A stretch of 64,000 nucleotides of DNA, taken from assembly GCA_964035545.1 (NCBI GenBank), contig OZ037773.1, positions 4,927,751-4,991,750 on the forward strand, given 5' to 3'. The DNA is from Bugula neritina. Lineage: Eukaryota > Animalia > Bryozoa. The notes under the pieces were generated by a model, which had not been told where the DNA came from, ran no database searches, and saw only the letters and a program-made list of their open reading frames with translations. Below are positions 1 to 13,664 of this stretch, in pieces; the first letter of the stretch is position 1; each line of letters starts with the position of its first letter. The position numbers and the translations under genes are program-made.

Positions 1-894
1 GCTGGGAGAGAAACCCATTCAGAAAGACATGTGTTAATGTATTTGGCCAAGTCAACAGAGCAATGGCAAAACAGAACTGTGAAGAAATGGGCGGAGCCTT
101 AGCTATACTAAACTCTAACGAATCACTTGATTGGTTTATGGAAGTTCGGCTGACATACACAGGTGCTTTGACTAAACATATAAATCATATTTATCAATTG
201 ATGGGGCATTTTCCCCTTGCGTGTCTAATTATAATGTTTTTGGTTAAATGGCCCATATTGATGGGTTTGAAGATGTTATTCAGTGTGACAAGTTGACTGT
301 CACTAAGTTGGGTAGAAAATATCATGACATCTGCGTTAGAATTTTAAAGATAAGACAACCTCTGCTATGATAGACAATAATCATTATTGTTTAATCATAG
401 GCTACCTATGTGACTATATAATTACAAGTAATAAGAGTGTAGGTCAACACCAAATAAGCATAATATATGAGTAAAACATATGAAAACTCGACACAGTTTT
501 GAAATGTGAAGAAATCAAATGGAAAAATGCAGTTGCAACTGGTTAGTTTTTGTGCTGATTTGTAGGCTTGTTTTGCTAAAGTGCTTCTTACATTGCTTTT
601 ACAATTGTCTACATATATATAGCTGAGTTGATATGATTATCTCAAGTTAACAAAAACATGAGACTGGTGTTTCCTTTAGAATGGCAATATATGACATATT
701 TGGGAGCTGAAGAACTGGAATATGGAGTTTGGAAATGGGATGACGGAACTTCAGTGGACAGCAGCTATTTTAGTGAAGTAGAGCCAAATAACACTGGAGA
801 CTGTCTTCAAGTATTTGAACTAAGTAAACCTCCTAGATTCGATGATACTGAGTGCAGTTATCACGCTCATTATGCTTGTGAACAAAAACACTAA
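1..894 (+). CDS. C-type lectin domain protein, 5'-partial (EPN type)
   Basis: Exon <1..162 reads WERNPFRKTCVNVF..AKQNCEEMGGALAILNSNESLDWF, with GT at 163. Terminal exon 680..894 follows tttag and reads YLGAEE..WKWDDG..EPNNTGDCL..FDDTECSYHAHYACEQ, which are CTL hallmarks. Intron phase 1 is consistent. Confidence 0.9.
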
Positions 895-1409
895 ATAAAT
901 ATAAAGAAATGCTTCTAAACACCAAACAATTTTGAGTTTACACTCATCGGTGAAAAGAGGATATAAAAAATGATAAGGAATGGAACTATATAATGTTAAT
1001 ACCTTTTGCTCTTTTTCTGTAAATAAATATCTTGCATGTTGTATAAAAGCAAGGTTATATATTTATGATTTTCAAGCTAAGCTAGCATATGCAATTTTGA
1101 CAAAATCCTTGCTAATCCCGTATTATTTCGGAGCAATAAATGCATCAAGCAAAAAAATCATGACTTTGCTTAAAATTCTACCCGATCAACTTGGGTAATA
1201 AAATAATAGTTTAGTCTATTTCACATAGACATGTGATGTGTTTTCATTAGCACAAAATGTCATCCCAAATTAACAGCACCCTTGTTTTGTGCAAGCTAAA
1301 TGTGTCCACTTCAATCAGCCAAAATGTGGGCAAAAGTCAAAGTAAACTCAAAAGAATTTTAATATTAAAGTTAAGCAAAACTTTTATATAAAAGCTTAAA
1401 TTTATGTCT

Positions 1410-1739
<330 letters not shown>

Positions 1740-2097
1740 CTGCTGTTTTATGATTAATGTATTACTATAGAAAAGCTGATTAACTCATTGCAGTAAAAAG
1801 GGGATTTTAATGAAGCAGTTATCTTGATTAAATGGCGACATTTATTACAAAGAAGAAATATGATCTCTTGAAAATTGATTATTAAACTCACACAACTGAA
1901 AATATATATACTCAACTATGCTTGTACTCACTTTAAGATGCTTAGATAAGCATAGATAACCAATACTCAATAGTCCTACCTCTCCAATAACTTATTTTTC
2001 AGTTGATATAAATTGTTAATGGCGAACGGACGGTTTTTGGCTTGAGATTGATTGAACTTCTCAACTTTTACTGTGAAATATTTGGGAAAAACACAAA

Positions 2098-3966
2098 ATG
2101 ATGTTTACTGCTTTTATTGAAGAATCTTTCTTCTTATTCTTTTTGGCTTATACTCGCCAGGTATGTAGCTTATTTAAAAAAAGATTTCAATAAAATTAAC
2201 AATTAACACACATATAGTATACAGATGTGTGCGTGTGTGTACTTATTATATTCTTATTCTGCAAAAAATTCAAACAAAAAGTAGCTTAATTATATCTAAC
2301 TCCAACACCAGCTGTTAAATGCCAAGAAGGTATTTTAGTGATTATATAATATACAAAATATCATATTTACAGAGTTTTGGTACAACAGAGAATCTGTACT
2401 ACTATCAAGACACTATGGACAGAGTTTTAGTAAGTCCAACTTCAGTTTCACTCAGCTCTGTCTCCAGATGTGCAAAACACTGTCTGAGAAATACTGGCTG
2501 TAAATCTTTTGCTTATAAGATTTCTACTCAGGAATGTTTCTGGTCAAAGAACAGTTCCTACCAAACCTGGCCAACTGTTGATACAAGTTATGATGTAATT
2601 TATGATGCAGGTATACTGTACTTTTACTCTTTTGGATAAATTGCGCTCAGATGTTTTAGTATAGGTTTATATCAGAGAACCATGGAAAAAGTCCTACTCA
2701 CGTATGCTAATTGGACAAAAATTCAATGCATGTTTTAGATTTTTTTATGCTCGCTTTCAAAAATATATATTCTTCACAAACTGCGCCTTTGTTGAGATTA
2801 AAAGTAGCAAATTTTCATCAAGTTCTTTAATATTTTTTTACATATGTTTTTCTTTTGTTATATATTATATTGCGACTATAAACGTGAACGTGCATATAAC
2901 TCAACATGCTTACAAATCCTAATATACTCAAATTTAACATGACTAATGAACTTGTGCTGTAGAAGCTGGAGGTTTGACGTGCACAGAGGGCTGGAAACTA
3001 AACCCTGTTAAGATGACTTGTATTAAATTTTTCTTTGAAACTAAAACCGCAATTAAGGCTGAAGCAGACTGTCAATCATTTGGAGCTTCCCTCCTGATGT
3101 TAAACTCTGAAGAAGTCATTGAGTGGTATCAGAATCTGTTGGTTGAAGAACCTTGTAAGTGTGTGGACTTCTGCAGTATTTCTCTAACTTCTGCAAGAAA
3201 ATGATAAATTTTATTAGAAAATGTCTGTCAGAGAAGCAATTTTGTGAATGTTTTACAAAGTGTATAAAAGCTGTGTACTTCACCAATTTTTACAATTAGG
3301 CATTAATTTGAGCTTTAAATTATTTCGATAGGAATTCAAAAAGTAAGTTGCGATGAGAACAAAAACTTTGACATCTTATCAAGCATACACTAACTGCTAG
3401 CTAAAAATAACGAGCGTAGGTAAAGACATCACTTGCAGTACTTAGACTGAATAATAACAAGTCTGAATTTAGCAAAGATATAGAATAACATAGCGATTTC
3501 ATGGCTGGCATAATAAAAGAGCTACTCAATAGTTATAAATAAGGCATTGAATAGCATTTAATTATTTATAAACTAACAAACAAATATATACACTCTGCAG
3601 GTAATTCTATCCTTCAAGTATTTGCTGCTTTCACTATCATTGAGCTGCTTGTATAGTTCAAGTATGGACTCCAATGTTTTATTTTCTTATGAGCTTTTCG
3701 AATGTAGGTCAAGATATTGCAAACGCAATTCAAATAATGTGTGGTCTTTTATTGCAGCATGGGTCAATCTAACATGGTTGGGTGCTGAGAAATCAGGCAG
3801 TGAGTGGAAGTGGGATAATGGTGACTTGCTAGACATGAATAAGTTTGAGACTGGCCAGCCTGATGGCACAGGGAGTTGTCTGATCTTGCTTACAAACTCT
3901 AAGTTTGACGACAGCTCTTGCAGCTACCCTTATGCGAAATATGTGTGTGAAAAAAATCTGGAATAG
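2098..3966 (+). CDS. Probably secreted PAN/apple + C-type lectin domain protein (QPD type)
   Basis: Exons are 2098-2160 (MMFTAFIEESFFLFFLAYTRQ, leader), 2373-2610 (CAKHCLRNTGCKSFAYKISTQECFWS, PAN/apple-like Cys pattern), 2963-3154 (CTEGW..TCIKFF..AEADCQSFGASLLMLNS) and 3758-3966 (WLGAE..WKWDNG..QPDGTGSCL..FDDSSC..YVCEK). All introns are GT-AG with matching phases. Confidence 0.88.
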
Positions 3967-5333
3967 ATGTTCAGCAAAATTTTACTAAAATAAAAATATG
4001 TTTAGCTGAAAAATTTCTAATAGAGGACAACTTCCTCATTAACCTTTTTGTTTGAAACTCTTTTCTATTGAAATATAATAAAAGTATGTAACTTTTTATA
4101 ATTAATTACTTCAATGTATTTATTAGGTTATTATAGATGCACTCTTTGAAAAGCAACCAGCTTCAATTGTAAAAGCTTTTAAAAAAATAGTTTTATTAAA
4201 AACAAAGTTGGTATAATATACTCCTTAAATCATATTTGTAATTGATTGGCTCATTTCTATTGGCACGGTCATTGTTTAACTAATTGACTGAAAATGCCAA
4301 TATTAATTTCATATTAGTATCTAAAAATAAAGAATGAGTTTTAAGTTAATGCTTTATATAAAGCCCATCTTAATACAATTTCAAGTTACAACTAAAATTT
4401 TCATCTATCTAGGTTAAAAGTACAGAGAGACACTATATATACAAAGATACATGGAGAAAAAAATTGTGTTTACACCTGATTAATTAGTAAATCTATGTTG
4501 GCAAATACTTTACCTATATTTTTAGTAATATTTCATCTACATTTTGTTTCACTATAATATATATAACTTTTCTCAAATGTCCTTATTCTGCAATTTTGTT
4601 ATGTTATATTTAAATATAAAATTAATGATTCAATAATTACGCTAATTGGTGAGTTTTGAAAGCTCAATTATGTTCAAACATGTTTTATGCCAATATATTA
4701 AAATCTTCTAGTGCCGAACACAATTGATTTTAATTTTATGCTTTTCAGTTTAGAAAAAATTTATTCATGATAACAATCATTTTAGTAACTAGTAATTTAC
4801 TAGTTTTACTACAGTTAGGAATTTTTTAGTTGTACGACATTAATCAAACAATGAGAAAGACATCATGTCATGACTCTGTGTAGTTTGATTCGCTCTGCCT
4901 CAGAATACAGATCTGCTTCTATCTTTTATTCTGTACACTATAGAATCAGTGTTTAAAGTATATACTTATCTCAGTATCATACTTTTTTGTGACATATATT
5001 CTCTACTTGCTGTTGAGTTTTGGTATTACTCTGCAACATAACTCATTGAAGTTATCTTCCTCTCTTATAGATATACATTTCTCTCAAATAAGCAGGTCAG
5101 TTAAATCTACAGTTTAAATAATAATCTGTTTTTTGAAACAAAATTTGTTTGTGTTTACTTGTCAAAAGTATAAACATATAGTGTATTTCAAATGCTTAAA
5201 TTTTTTATACCAAAATGTTTCATTGCTATAATACTAATAGCAATTTATATCCATTAGGCTTCATAAATACTATTGAGTTTTGAAACTTGATTTTTTAATC
5301 TATTTACCTATTGCTTTTGTTCTTTTTATAGTC

Positions 5334-8295
5334 ATGAGTTTTCTTAGAAAACTTTTTACAAGAAAACCTCAAAGATCTTCTGCTGATGAAAGTAGTGAAC
5401 CTATCGCAGTAAAAAAGTAGGTTCATAATTTTATAAGCTACAGCATAAGTTATAGTATTTATTGAAGGATTGCTATATTTTTATAAAAGCCTATGTCTGC
5501 TGATTTTGAAATTTTAAGGTTAGTTAATTTTTCTAAATATATAATCTTTGTGAATATTGAATCAGCTTTTCACAAAAACAACATGTAAAAAATAGCTACC
5601 TTCAATATTGCTTCTGAAAAACATGAATTTATAGGCACAATATATATAGGTCTACTTAAAGGAATAATAACACATTTCCTAATGTACCATCATCTTAGCT
5701 TACTATTTTATAACATTAACTTGATTTACTGTAAAAACCAACCATATTGGTAGAGAATAAAATAGATTTGTTTTTTCTTTCAGGCTGGAGTTTGGAGTGC
5801 CCTTAAAGCACACTTTCAAAAACAATGAGATTCCAGCTATACTTCTGGTAGGTATTCTTGTTATTCTCATATTATTTGCTGTTCAACACTTACATTGACA
5901 TGTCTTTCTGGTACACCATACACATGACTGATTAGTGGGTAAGATTGAAAGCAACTAAATACATTTTGCAGAATATTTTCATTCAAATCGCCCTGACTGG
6001 CATTGAACAAGTAGGAATATTCCGGCAACCCGGTAGTGCAGGGGAAGTACGCCGTCTGTCAGAACATCTTTCAACAGGACAGAATTTTGACCTTAAAACT
6101 GCATCCATCCACTCACTATGTTCTGTGGTGAAGGTAGGATAGTTATTTTTAAGTAATTTATTGGTTTTAATTGATTGACAAAAACAGAAGAGGTTTAACC
6201 TGCAATTAGTTGGTACAGCTAAATGTGTTTGGGTAAAAAATTGCTAGTTTGTGAACTTTTATCTTTTTGATTAAAGGCACTACAAATGTCCATTAGCCAT
6301 ACTGGCAGTACAACAGAACAGTAGCAAGGCAGTATTATGTAGTGGTGTAAGTCTACTATAGCGTACTTAGTTGATGATAATACATTACATTACAGAAGTT
6401 TCTTCTCTCCATACCTGGTGGCCTTCTCGGCAAGAATATTGAGAAGAAAATGTTAAACGTTTTAAAATCTAAGGAGCCGGCCAAAAAGAAAAAGATAATA
6501 AACAAGTAAAAATACTGAATACTATAATACAATGCAGTGTTATAGAAAACTATTAATTTTATTTGCTGTGTCTGTTAGTTTGAATTTTTGTTAATTTGTT
6601 TACATCTAAGTAGGTAATAATGTCAATTGGTTAATATCGTCCTACGGCATTCCCTGAGTTTTTAACTACTAGTTCATTTACATTATGTATAGGCCATCAG
6701 TTCAGCATACTTTGAGCAAATGTGTACTATATTTTAGCAGGGGAACTTTAAACTTTGTTCTCTATTTTTAAAATTTAGAAATATGACTTTTATTGTTTCT
6801 GTATTTCAATTATATTATAATTCTACAGACTTCTCATGTCTCTCTCGAAGCCGGTCAGACAACTCCTGACACTGATGATAGGACTTGCCTTTTGTGTATG
6901 TAAGCATCAAAACCTGCCATTTGAAAGTCTGGCTAAATCTATTGTTTGGGTAAATCTATTGATCTCTGTTTGGGTAAGTTTTGTCCTTTTAGGTAATATT
7001 TCTGTTCCTCTTTGTTTTCCTCCATGCAATACTTCACCTGTAAACTTTTAAATTGATATTTGATTTATTTACCTGTGTTAATACATATGCAATATTGAAA
7101 CATCTATAAACTAATTATTTAAGCATATTCATAAATTAATAGTACTATTTTGTTAGTATATATTCAGGATAGTTTGCACATTAGTAATTTGGTTATTTAA
7201 ATTATTGGTTTATTTTTTATTTTATTAGAAACAGTAATAATGACCCGTGTAAGATCAAGAAAGCAGTTGAAGTAGTGGAGTTCTTGCTGAATTATTTTCC
7301 ACTCACCTCAGTGTTTGGTCTGGAGAATTTGAATCAGTTTGTTGATCTGACAAAGACAGGGTCTGTAGAGAATGATATGTTCCAATTGACAAGATGTGAT
7401 AATGGGGATACTAAACCTATGAAGGTAATATAACATTTCTCATAAACTGTATTGTTTGCTCTGAAAATCCTAAATGAACTTTGAACTATACTAAGTTTGC
7501 AGGGGTATTCCACTAATCCACATGTTCTCATGACATGAAATATAATATTCTGCAGTCTAGTATACATGTGTGGCTGCTGCTTAATAACTCAGAATCATTC
7601 ATTTTTAACCTACTCTGCCATTCCATGAATTCATAAAGTTATATAATGAAGAAGCAGAAAAACTTATGGCTAAAAGTTTGGAGCGTCTGAGAAAAGTATG
7701 TCATGGCTATTCAATTTCATGTCTATTTAATTTTGAAGCATGCATTTGACTAAATTATTGCAAAACTATTTTACTCAAAACCAATTTTCATTTTCTTTAA
7801 TTAGAAAACTGGTTTTACTCTTTGATTTTCTGACTATATGTTTCCCAAATCAGGTTTCATCATTTTACATTTTCAAGTTCTGATTGTTTTTGCAAACTTA
7901 GTTTCAATTCAGCTGCTGCACTATTTTATAGTTTTACTCACTCATCTGATGCATTCTATCCAATATCCTAGAGTCTATTCTATTTCCAACTCTGTCTATT
8001 CTCATTATTCTAGAGATTCGAATGGTTCTTTGATCAAACCAATAACTTTGCACTGGTATACCAACAAATTGTGGTCAAAGTAATCACCAGCTCTGATACT
8101 CTACCATACAATCCTCCTAAACCCACCACTACCTCTGCCTCATCTCCTCTCTTAGAGAAATATCCACCACCTCCGTATCCATTTACTCTTACCACTACCA
8201 ACTCTGAACCTGTACTTCCTTCATACTTACAATTCACATTTCCTGCAGATTTCCATGGTCCAACCAGGACAACTTCTGCACCAAGCTGCTTCTAA
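5334..8295 (+). CDS. Small RhoGAP-domain protein with Pro/Thr-rich C-terminus
   Basis: Exons are 5334-5416, 5784-5847 (LEFGVPL..IPAILL), 5972-6133 (GIEQVGIFRQPGS, arginine-finger motif), 6396-6505 (KFLLSIPGGLL), 6829-~6950/6975 (ESLAKSIV), ~7229-7424 (VEVVEFLL), ~7639-7695 and 8014-8295. The junction around 6950-7229 is unresolved. Confidence 0.8.
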
Positions 8296-9296
8296 CAATC
8301 TCACTATCTCAGCTTTGTACTGCTCATACTCTATCTTCCCGAAATAGTAGATGTATTATTATACTTTGTAGTTTAATTATTTTTGAACTTTTAAATTGCT
8401 CTTCTAAATTTACTGCAAGGATCAGTTCTTTAAAACAGAAATTGCTGCTAAGAAGTTTTATTTTCAATATTTAAATTATGATCTGTGTGACACAATTTAA
8501 GTCTATGCAATTAGTAGTATGTAATTTGTTTCTTCCACAGCTCAGAAAACTTAAGTATATTATAATACATTTAGCCAGTTTCTTTAATAAATATACGAAG
8601 TACATGTTATAGTGTTTTTTGAATAAGTTTAATAATACTATTTATTCTTCATGAAATATAGTAGGTCATTTTGATCTTGTGCATTTTATGTGATTGCTAT
8701 TTCTCCGCAGGTTTATGCACTTGAAAAGCTCTGACAACTATAACAATATTATACCCTAATTTGTATTGTAGTGCTTCCAAATAATAATAGATGATGTTTT
8801 ATGGCATCTAATTAATTAATGTTTGTTTTTATTCGTGCAATAAATAGTGCTTTTTAACTCATTTAAGCATGTCTGATATTGTCAGCAGTTTACTAGTAAT
8901 CTGTCAGAGCATAATTTATACTCATCACATTTTATTTGTAGAATATCACAATAAAATTCATAAAAAACATAAATATAAATATTATATTATTGCTTTGTAG
9001 TTCATTCCCTACCGCTCAAAGTCGTATTATAATCCAATGCATTTTGTTCACAACTAAAAGAACTAAAAAACTGTTAACTATGATATATCACATGAACGTG
9101 AGCATGTATAGTAAATCTGATCACAAACAAAAAATATATGTAAAAATATAATAACAATGGCCACCATTTATGTCACAAATATTTGCTTTGAAGCATCACT
9201 ATATACTATTACAAATTGTTACTACTGAAGTGATATGAGCGACATTGTTACTGAAAAAAAAAAATTTTCTGTCTCATCTCCTTTGAGAGTTGCTGC

Positions 9297-10247
9297 CTAT
9301 GTTAAAGGGGTCACGACAGCAGTTTTTAGACCTAACACTTTCCTCACTTGTTTCAAATAAACAGGGTGTAGGTAGACAAACAGAAATACATTGAAGATGC
9401 CATAGAGTGACAGATAGATGTAAAGTACATGAATTCCAGTTTCTCTCTGCTCCAAAGTAAGTTGAGAGTATAATTGTTTCATCAGGACGGTAACAGTGGT
9501 TATAGCATAGGAAAAGCAGAACAGGGTACTAGTGAGCAGTACGTACTTACTAGCAGTTTTCACCAAATCATCTCCAGCTACCTGAACAGCTCTTTGACTC
9601 ATTCGTCTCAACTCTAACCCCACTTTGCCGAGACAAACAATTGTTGCTACTGTCGGAATAAAGTACAATAAAAACACAATTATCGTTTCAGCTGCTGGTC
9701 GTACTTTATCTCTAGATAATGTGAAGCATTGTTCAGTTCCTCCAAAAAATACAATTTGTAAAATTGTTATGACTGCCAGGCACCCGACCCAACAACCGAC
9801 GAAGAAGCGTCCAATGTTATGAACAATTTTATTTGTCTCATAGTTGAATGGATCGCACAGTGCAACATATCCTTCGTAGCTCGAAATCCCTATCAGATAA
9901 GTACGGAGCAGTCCGGTTGCTAGCATTATCCCCTCCATAACAGAGTTTGCAATGCTGATTATATGTTGACGCTGTCTATTTATTGTATTCTCTAAGGCAC
10001 ACGTAGCAATAACAGCAAATCCAATACCAGATACAGCATCTGAGGCTCCACCATGCACCAGCACTTGAAAGTATTTACTCGACCTTAACGATTGGATAGT
10101 CCTCAGCACAATGAGATGTAGAATGTTTATTAGAATACCAATACAGTTGATAGTCAGGAGAGCCATTGATATACTGCTTCTGTCACATATGTTTGTTGCA
10201 ATGAAAAAATTGCTGTAAAAAGTGTCGTTAAAGTCTGAAAAATTCAT
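9297..10247 (-). CDS. Rhodopsin-like (class A) orphan GPCR, single coding exon, 316 aa
   Basis: Uninterrupted ORF with seven hydrophobic segments and N-terminal N-glycosylation sites (NFS, NDT). TM1 reads GILINILHLIVL, the end of TM3 reads SYEGYVALCDPF, and TM7 reads NVFLFVYLHPVY. Confidence 0.88.
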   Translation of the reverse strand: MNFSDFNDTFYSNFFIATNICDRSSISMALLTINCIGILINILHLIVLRTIQSLRSSKYFQVLVHGGASDAVSGIGFAVIATCALENTINRQRQHIISIANSVMEGIMLATGLLRTYLIGISSYEGYVALCDPFNYETNKIVHNIGRFFVGCWVGCLAVITILQIVFFGGTEQCFTLSRDKVRPAAETIIVFLLYFIPTVATIVCLGKVGLELRRMSQRAVQVAGDDLVKTASKYVLLTSTLFCFSYAITTVTVLMKQLYSQLTLEQRETGIHVLYIYLSLYGIFNVFLFVYLHPVYLKQVRKVLGLKTAVVTPLT

Positions 10248-11144
10248 TTCTACTAGCTTGTACAGAAAACATACATATACACAACGTGTTACATGAGTTT
10301 ATTATAGCACTGTAACATGTTAGAGTTAGAAATACAAAAATTATTGTTTACGATTGAACATTTACATTTCTTTTGATTATGTTTTCAATCAAGTACAACA
10401 TATCAAACAGGGCTAAGTTCCGTTTTAAACTGAAAAAAAAATTAATTACGCGGAACAAGAATAAAGATTAAAGACAGCACAAAACTATCATTAACTTTCA
10501 TCATCAAAATACAGAAAGATAAAACAGTAAAGCATAATATAAAATCAGCTTATGATGCTTATCGACCAAAATAAAATGTTAATTATTTTAAAGCTTGTTT
10601 CTGACTCACACTACACACTGCTATGCTATTTAAGTTTATAGTATGAAGAATTGTTAAAACATGGATAGTTTGACAGGGAAATCGTGTTGCATCAAATGAA
10701 AATGCAATGTGCATGATGTGAAACATGTGGACATTGTGTATGCTAATTGGCCCTATTGATTGTAAAGCTGCAGCTTTACAATCAATACAAACAATTTATT
10801 TAAGTCTATAAGTGATTATGGAAATATTCAGTAGCCTATACATCTACATAAATATTAAACAGATAATATGCATGTATGTATGTACGTATGTACTGTGTGC
10901 CGTGAGCCGTATATTATGTGCCATAAAAGCATGTGTTAGACCTGCGTTGTGCTATTCATCTTCTTATTCTGTAGTAAGTTCTGACTTAACAATTCCACAC
11001 TGCTTTAACAACATTGTATTGATTATTAATATTGTCATTTTGAGTATATAACACATTATAATTTTGAAATATTTTACTTGTAAATATTATATGATTGTAA
11101 TATATTTAACTGGATCCAAATAATGCATAGTTTGTTGATTACAG

Positions 11145-11390
11145 CATAGAATTATCATGCAATATGGTTGGGTGCTACTAAGGATGGTGATGATTGGACA
11201 TGGAATAATGGTGACTCATTGGATATGAACAGATTTTATATAGGTCAGCCTGATCGCTCAGGGAGTTGTCTTGCCATGCATTCTTACAGGCTTCAGTTGG
11301 GAAGACCTTACTTGCTACTATAGTCATGTTAGATATGTGTGTGAAAAAATACTTGAAACAGATTTTAATTGGTTGAAAGACGTTTGGTAA
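11145..11390 (+). pseudogene. Pseudogenised copy of the terminal C-type lectin exon (QPD)
   Basis: Reads IWLGATKDGDDWTWNNGDSLDMNRFYIGQPDRSGSCL, then shifts frame to ILTGFSWEDLTCYYSHVRYVCEK. An in-frame TAG sits at the position of W in exon 3758-3966. No upstream exons were seen. Confidence 0.82.
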
Positions 11391-11574
11391 AATATATCTA
11401 ATCAAATGAATTGTTTAGCTGGAGTTTCTAATAGAAGATTACTTAATTGCAAACACCTATCAGTTTTTTTATTTGAAAATACTCTTTTGTTATTTATTAT
11501 ATTAGAAAATATAATGTGATTTAAGAAAAAATTTTAATTCATTTTCATGGACTTGACCTACAAAAAATCTCATT

Positions 11575-12330
11575 CATATAAACATGTTTTGTGCCAATTT
11601 ATACCAAAGTCTTTTACTGGCAACAAAATTAACATTGATTTTATGATTCTCAGTTTATAATAAGTTGTTCATTAAAAAAATCGTCTACTAATTTTACTAG
11701 TTAGAAATTTTTTAGTTAAATGCAACATTAGTCAAACAATGAGAAAGACATCATGTCATAACTCTGTGTAGTTTGATTTGCTCTGCCTCAGAATACGGAT
11801 GCTTCTATCTCTTATTCTGTACATTATAAAATCAGTGTTTAAAGTATATACTTATCTCAGTATCATACTTTTTTGTGACGTATTCTATACTTGCTGTTGA
11901 GTTTTGGTATTATTACTCTGCAACATAACTCATTGAAGTTATCTCTCTCTCTTATAGATATACATTTCTCTAAAATAATCAGGTTAGTTAAATCTACAGG
12001 TTAAATAATAATCTGTTTTTTGAAACAAAATTTGTTTGTGTTTACTTGTCAAAAGCATAAACATAATATATTGCATGTTTCAAACGCTGCACCAAGCTGC
12101 TTCTAACAATCTCACTATCTCACCTTTGTGCTGCTCATACTCTATCTTCCCGAAATAGTAGATGTATTATTATACTTTGTAGTTTGATTATCTTTGAACA
12201 TTTAAATTGCTCTTCTCATGAGTTACTGCAATGATATGGTCCCTATATACCAAAAACACTGCAGTAACAAGTTTTATTTTATATAAAACCGTAACTATTA
12301 AATTATGATCTCTGTCATATAATTTACTAT
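11575..12330 (+). pseudogene. Duplicated RhoGAP locus with the coding region deleted (promoter/5'UTR fused to the last codons and 3'UTR)
   Basis: ~11575-12087 matches ~4670-5195, and 12086-~12330 matches 8276-~8500. The junction reads caaacgCT|gcaccaagctgcttctaa. Confidence 0.88.
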
Positions 12331-13664
12331 AATTTTAAGAATTATAATATTGTAGTTGTTTCCTTTTGTAAATTGATGTGCCTTCACAGTGCTAAAATCT
12401 ACTACACCTATTATGTTAGCATATAAACTATGATACCTAGTGTCATCTACTTGACATTCTTTTATTTTTTGAACAATAAATATCTGCACCACTTATCAAT
12501 GTTGTAGCATTAATTTAATTTTTTTTCAATTCATTCTCTCCTCAAAATCTGATAGCATTTTATTGCAAACCTGTTCACAATTACTAGATATTAAAATATA
12601 TTGAAGTTGGAAGTTGTTCACTCATCACAATGGCTCACACTAAAATGTGAACAAGAAACGCTTGTAGATTGTCAATTATTCTGTAAAAATCAAGGCAAGC
12701 ATTCGCAAAATATTTATTGGTAAAAAGGAGAAAGTTTATTCTTTATGGGGCAACATTTGTGACAGCATACTACTGAAATGTCTGTCAGCAAATTGTCAAA
12801 TTTTTTTATTTGTTTTTGCAAAACACATAATGCAATCCTCAAAGTTTTTTAGTTCTCTCTATTGCACCAGTGCAGCCATATATAAATAGCCTAGTCTGAA
12901 TATAAAACAGATAACAGAATGCATCTTTATAAGCTTCGAAGCAGCGCCAGCGATTTAAGACAGTGCATGTGTTTGTAACTGCATTCGATATATATATTAG
13001 GTCTAAATGTTTTATAGAGGTAAGATTTCAACTTAAATTTTAACAGTTTTGAAGCACACAAAAATAAATAGTGAAAGTTTTTAGTTTTGCATGGCAACCA
13101 TACCTGTAGTGTATTAATGAAAAAATTAATATACCTATTCATTTTTATTTAAAATGCAATACGTAATATTTTAATTATGAGATGTTCATTTAGAATATTG
13201 CAAGAAACTTCAAAACTTAATGAAAAGCGAGAGAATAATAATTTCTTCAGTTGAGGTTTAACCATGAATTCAGAGTCATATAATAATAACCACATAATCT
13301 AAGATGGTGAATTTAAAAAAATGAATACCTTGTTCGGAGATTTTGTTTAAGTTTGGGTTAGATAATAACATTAAATGAAACTGTAGTTAATGCCAAGTTT
13401 ATTTTCCATTTTCCACGTGGTTTATTAATTATTGTCCACTATAATACTTTTGGGAAGATAACTCCTGACTAATGATCTGCCATAACGTTTTACTTGCCAA
13501 CTGCACACTTTTTCAACAGCATCCCACTAGTAATACCACCAGCTTTTCCGGCAGCGATCATAGGCTGACTCAGATACAAGACAATTATTATATAGAATTG
13601 CCTAAGAGGCAGCAATTAGGCTTAGCTGCTGTCTGCAATGATTAGCTGTAATGATAGGGATGGA

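Noticed and set aside
11178-11405. Minus-strand 75-aa ORF
   Set aside because: Antisense shadow of the pseudogenised CTL exon.
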